64,000 nucleotides of DNA, taken from positions 7,688,001 through 7,752,000 of the forward strand of contig OZ210885.1 of the NCBI GenBank assembly GCA_964658305.1. The letters are read 5' to 3'. This stretch comes from Leptogorgia sarmentosa. Taxonomy: Eukaryota. The notes under the pieces were generated by a model. That model made no database searches. It was not told where the DNA came from and saw only the letters and a program-made list of their open reading frames with translations. Positions 60,301-64,000 of the stretch are shown one piece after another. Numbering within the stretch: position 1 is the stretch's first letter; each line of letters starts with the position of its first letter. Made by a program: the position numbers and the translations under genes.

Positions 60301-61382
60301 ACTATGATGTTAGTTTTGTGCTTGTTGTCTTATTTTTAAACTTTTGCGATCGCTAAATTTGTCTGTTGCTTCATGCACCATAATGAAATGAAATTCACGC
60401 TTACGACGAGAAGTTTCTGAAATATTTTTTTACTACAGCTCCTTTTGCGAAAGCTGTATATTAACTGTCAACACGTTGTTAGGCTGAACATTTAATCAAA
60501 CCAACGTCAATTGCAAACAAGCCTAAGGAAATTAATTTTCAGCTATAATCATATGTTGACTCATATGTGGGCAAGCCAAATTTGCCCGTTCATTTGCCCA
60601 ATATTTTCCGTGTTTTCCTCTGGCATTGCTAGATGAGTAACGAATGGAATTGAATGGAAAATACTTCCATCGCCCTGGAGTATACTAAATCTGAAAAATT
60701 ACTGTACTATAGCCTGACTGCAGTCCCAGACTGCTCTAGTGTCCTGTACAAAAACGTTTCGAATCACCATATGTGACTATGTTCTCTAACGGCAGAATTT
60801 AATTCAGTGCGAAATGGCGCGCGATCGACTTTTAGCGAACGCTTTATTTTGAAATACAAACAGTCAACGATTCTCATTAACATTAAATTGCAAGCATTTC
60901 AAAAGAAAGCGATCACGAACCAAAATTTTACACTTAATAATTGAAATTCGCCTTATGACGCTAATTTTCAGGATCTGATTTACATGGAAAGAAGACCTAC
61001 CGTCTCCACGATCTCCTTTTGGGTTTTGCACGTGCAAAACTGGGAGGCAAACTAAGTTCTGTCCAGTGTTTGTTCGTGGAGGCACTTCGTGGTCATTCCG
61101 AGAACGGAGATTGGGGAAAATTTGAAGGCAACAAGGATTATTATTTCAAGTACCTGAGCTATCACCTCTACTCCTCCGAACAATTTGATGAACTACATAA
61201 ACTGTTCTTCAATTTTAACTGGCTTTATGAAAAGGTGAATCAATTCGATCTCCCCTCCTTAATATCAGATTTTCGTTTTCTGACCCCTCCCTCGAAAGAA
61301 ATCGAACTGCTCAAGTCGTCGTTGATGAAGTCTTTCGAGGTTATCGAGAAGAATTTGCTTTCTATTGGTCCACAGCTGTTAG
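51306..61382 (+). CDS. HEPN-like domain, coiled coil, NB-ARC and APAF1-type helical domain protein (3'-incomplete; WD40 sensor expected downstream)
   Basis: Phase-consistent exons 51306-51891, 52886-52980, 55179-55374, 58081-58418, 59336-59978, 60972-61382 (~756 codons, open). RNPWAH (Rx4H); Walker A GMGGLGKT; Walker B CLVILDDVW; LLITTR; CGDLPLAL; YRLHDLL; APAF1-like YLSYHL...FNWL..K. An acceptor at 51298 allows further upstream exons. Confidence 0.85.
52445..52618. repeat. Dispersed MITE-family fragment
   Basis: Homologous to the reverse complement of 62124-62291; weaker relatives near 24110-24420 and 59995-60375. Confidence 0.6.
54296..55055 (+). mobile_element. Crypton-like element remnant (intronic)
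   Basis: Peptide EIQNIPQEVLDYIFC...KKRHEYEPDSLK resembles the N-terminal part of Crypton/DUF3504-associated proteins. Long imperfect palindrome at 54905-55030; a fragment of the same end lies at about 10878-10935. Confidence 0.6.
57391..57942. mobile_element. hAT-like MITE (intronic)
   Basis: CAGTGACGGAACG / CGTTACGCCACTG termini, GGGCCC subterminal motifs and a near-TSD GGGGAAAT / GGGGGAAT. Confidence 0.65.
58892..59258. mobile_element. hAT-type MITE (intronic)
   Basis: TIR CATAGGCGTACG / CGTACGCCTATG and a perfect 8-bp TSD ATCTTACC. Confidence 0.9.
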
Positions 61383-62123
61383 GTAATTACTTTCTTTTTT
61401 TGCTAAATTTTGTTTCACTGCCTACACGATACGATAAGATTCCACATTTCTGGCGAAGGCTTTCGAAAACTGGTGTTTCAAATCCATCCGATTGGTTTTT
61501 ACTTGGTTTCCATATATTCACTAATATAAAAACCCTTGTGTTTTCCCCCGACCCAACTACTAATTAACGACTAAGGGTCTTTGCTCGATACATCGAAACG
61601 GCTACCACCACTGCCCAAGTACGCTTGCATGTAGATGAATGGCAATTGTTTTGGATTGGTACCACACTATATAACGCGAAGTATTACTTCATGAATGTTA
61701 TGCCTATCTTTATAAATACTCCATTAGGCATGCTATCCGAAAACAAAGATTCTCTGTTGTTAACCAGCTAGTTCGTATGTATACGCGGTTCTTACATAAT
61801 ATGATGCGTCTCCATGGGTAATACACGCCCATGAAGTATGCATGCGATCCGTCAATTTTCACAGTCACTGTCATTCACCCACACCATATATTATTGGAGA
61901 TTGGAATCAAATTCAGTTAGACATTAAATAATCAATGATATTAAGAATTTACAAAACTGTGGGAAGTAACGTTCTGTTGTATTGGAGTAAAGTATTTTTT
62001 GGTGTTAAGCATGAGATCGGTGCTTTGCGAATTCACAGAACTTTAACAGTCTTTCTACTTTTGTTTTGCGAAGCGATGTTTTATGCTTTCTGGCATTGTA
62101 GAAAGGGCGTCAATGGACCGCTT

Positions 62124-62291
62124 ACATAATAGAGAAAATTTTCAAAAACCTCGAAATAATATGCAATCAAAATAACAGCGTTAAAGAGCATTCGAAAGTT
62201 AGTAAGATTGCAGAGTTTGGTTGCGAAATGGTATAAAATGCGAGGAATATACCCCTGTGAAGTTTTCAAAATTTGTAAATTTTTGTATTAC
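62124..62291. repeat. Dispersed MITE-family fragment
   Basis: Inverted homolog of 52445-52618. Confidence 0.6.
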
Positions 62292-62599
62292 GCACACAAA
62301 ATTGACACCCTTTTCACGACAGTTGTATCAATTTGCCGCACAGAATGGTTGAAACTCTCAATCCCAGGAAAATAGATTTTGTAGCATGTAATAAAATGGA
62401 TTTGTGCGTTTATTAAGCGCGAGACAAAACAAAACAAACGAAATCGTATATAGTTTAAAGTATTCTGGTTTGAACCTATACACATACCGATCATACACTT
62501 CAGCGTCTAGGCAAATGCTGCATGAATGGACAGAACATATAGTGTTAGTGTATATAAATATATTATCATAATATGGTTTTGAAAAGAGTAAATTTAGTT

Positions 62600-64000
62600 T
62601 TTAGACGGCCACATTTTTCTCAAACAATCGCAAAGCGCTGTCTCTAAAGCTTTTAAAGACCCAATGACATGCGATATTATATGTCGTCAAGTTTCAACTC
62701 CTTATGCAATTTGATATGATCGCGCGGATTCCGAAATGCGAGATAGTCATGAAAGCTTATATGAAGTATTGAATACGTCTCACGTTTTAACTACGCCCAA
62801 CCTCACGTCTTCAAAGGTATTAGTATTTGCACCATTATCAATTTCAGAATGCTATTAGTAAAACTTCAGAAGCAGCTCAATTCTTCGTTCGTACCAGTGA
62901 ATTATTTAAAAACGAAGGAATACAAGTAATGGACAGTTATGGACAGTTATGTATCAAATCAAGTCAATGAAGAGGAGTGGTAGGAAATTATTTCGATGGA
63001 TGAAATGGAGACTTCAGAAAATCTGAACGCTCACAGTCAAGAAGTAGTTGAGGAAATGAAAGTAATGACTTGATTGATAATGATACAGATGATGAGTGGT
63101 GTGCAGTGACTGAACGGTCATCAGGTCTTATGGATACATTATTACAAGAACCCGACATTACCCAAGATGGTGACAGAATAATAATTTTTGCACCAAGAGA
63201 AGTAATGCCTGTTCAATTATAGCACTATATGTAACCATTTACATATTTTGCGAAGCAAAGATAGAAGACTCGCGCAGTCTGTCCCAAACATTTTTAACGG
63301 ACTAAAGAAATTGCAGATCGGGTAAATTCAAGGACGTGCAAGTTATCAGTGCGTAACTGTAAAACCAAAGTTAAAATTTTCAAATCAGAAAGTTGTGTCA
63401 ACAAGTTAATAAATTTGGATGAAGGATTTGGAGTTTTAAGAAATTTACGCTGATCACCTCCATACTTCGAAAGGTGTAAAAAAGATCTATTTGCCATGAT
63501 TCGTCTGCTTGGTAATCCTATACGTGGTTCTGTTCATATTCAGCAGCTAGCTGAAACACAGTGGATTCATTTGACTAAAATTCTAGGTCGGCTAAGAAAT
63601 CTGAACTGATACAGAAAGATCAAGTCACATATTTAAGAAATTGTTGACATATATGGTACAATTATTCATTCACAATTTTATTAAAAGCTCAAGTCATCCA
63701 GTTGGAGAAGTTGTTGACTTCTTCTATCGCGTTGAATTTCCGCCCGGCAAAGAGGTTCTCCACATATCCACGGCTTATTCAGGATAAAAAATGCTCCTGA
63801 GTATGGTAAAGATAGTGATGAAGATGTTGCTGAGTTTGTCCATAGTTATGTTTCATGTAAAGTTGACTCAGATGATTTAACTGATTTCGTAAATTTACAA
63901 AGGCATAAACACTCTAAAACGTGTAAGAAGAGTAGTCAGGCTGTTTGCAGATTCAATTTTCCATTACCACCAATGCCAAAATCCATGATTTTAGAGCCTT
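62600..64000 (+). mobile_element. Decayed Helitron Rep-helicase, running off the window
   Basis: Frameshifted peptides LINLDEGFGVLRNLR*SPPYFERCKKDLFAMIRLLG, GEVVDFFYRVEF, QRGSPHIHGL (HUH motif), QRHKHSKTCKK, CRFNFPLPPM. The left boundary is approximate. Confidence 0.85.

Overview
AT-rich eukaryotic DNA from an invertebrate animal. The gene and transposon repertoire suggests an anthozoan cnidarian, but this is inference. (1) 1-14.6 kb is a dense, repeatedly duplicated tRNA cluster with about 14 intact-looking genes plus pseudogenes and fragments. It includes an intron-containing Leu-CAA and two well-folded tRNAs with switched anticodons (His body with GTT, Cys body with GCG). Inverted tRNA blocks bracket a single-exon GT10 fucosyltransferase-like gene whose donor-binding motif is atypical. 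(2) 19.0-27.3 kb is a 10-exon type-I membrane receptor of about 826 aa: two degenerate LRP-like beta-propellers, four cbEGF domains, a TM segment and a tail with ITAM/ITIM-like tyrosine motifs. (3) 28.6-40.3 kb is a non-coding higher-order tandem array of ~1.95 kb monomers of two mosaic types (X-Y-X-Y-Y-Y'). (4) 51.3 kb to beyond 61.4 kb is a spliced APAF1-like STAND (NB-ARC) gene whose N-terminal effector is a HEPN-like domain with an intact RxxxxH motif instead of a CARD; this is the most interesting protein here. (5) Many transposon remnants: Tc1/mariner, hAT, piggyBac-like and Harbinger-like MITEs, two AcademH derivatives, a Penelope element with hammerhead ribozymes, Crypton-like and Helitron relics, and an unclassified family of TIR elements with 7-bp TSDs that carries a tRNA-like Pol III cassette. 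All calls were made by eye; no searches were run.
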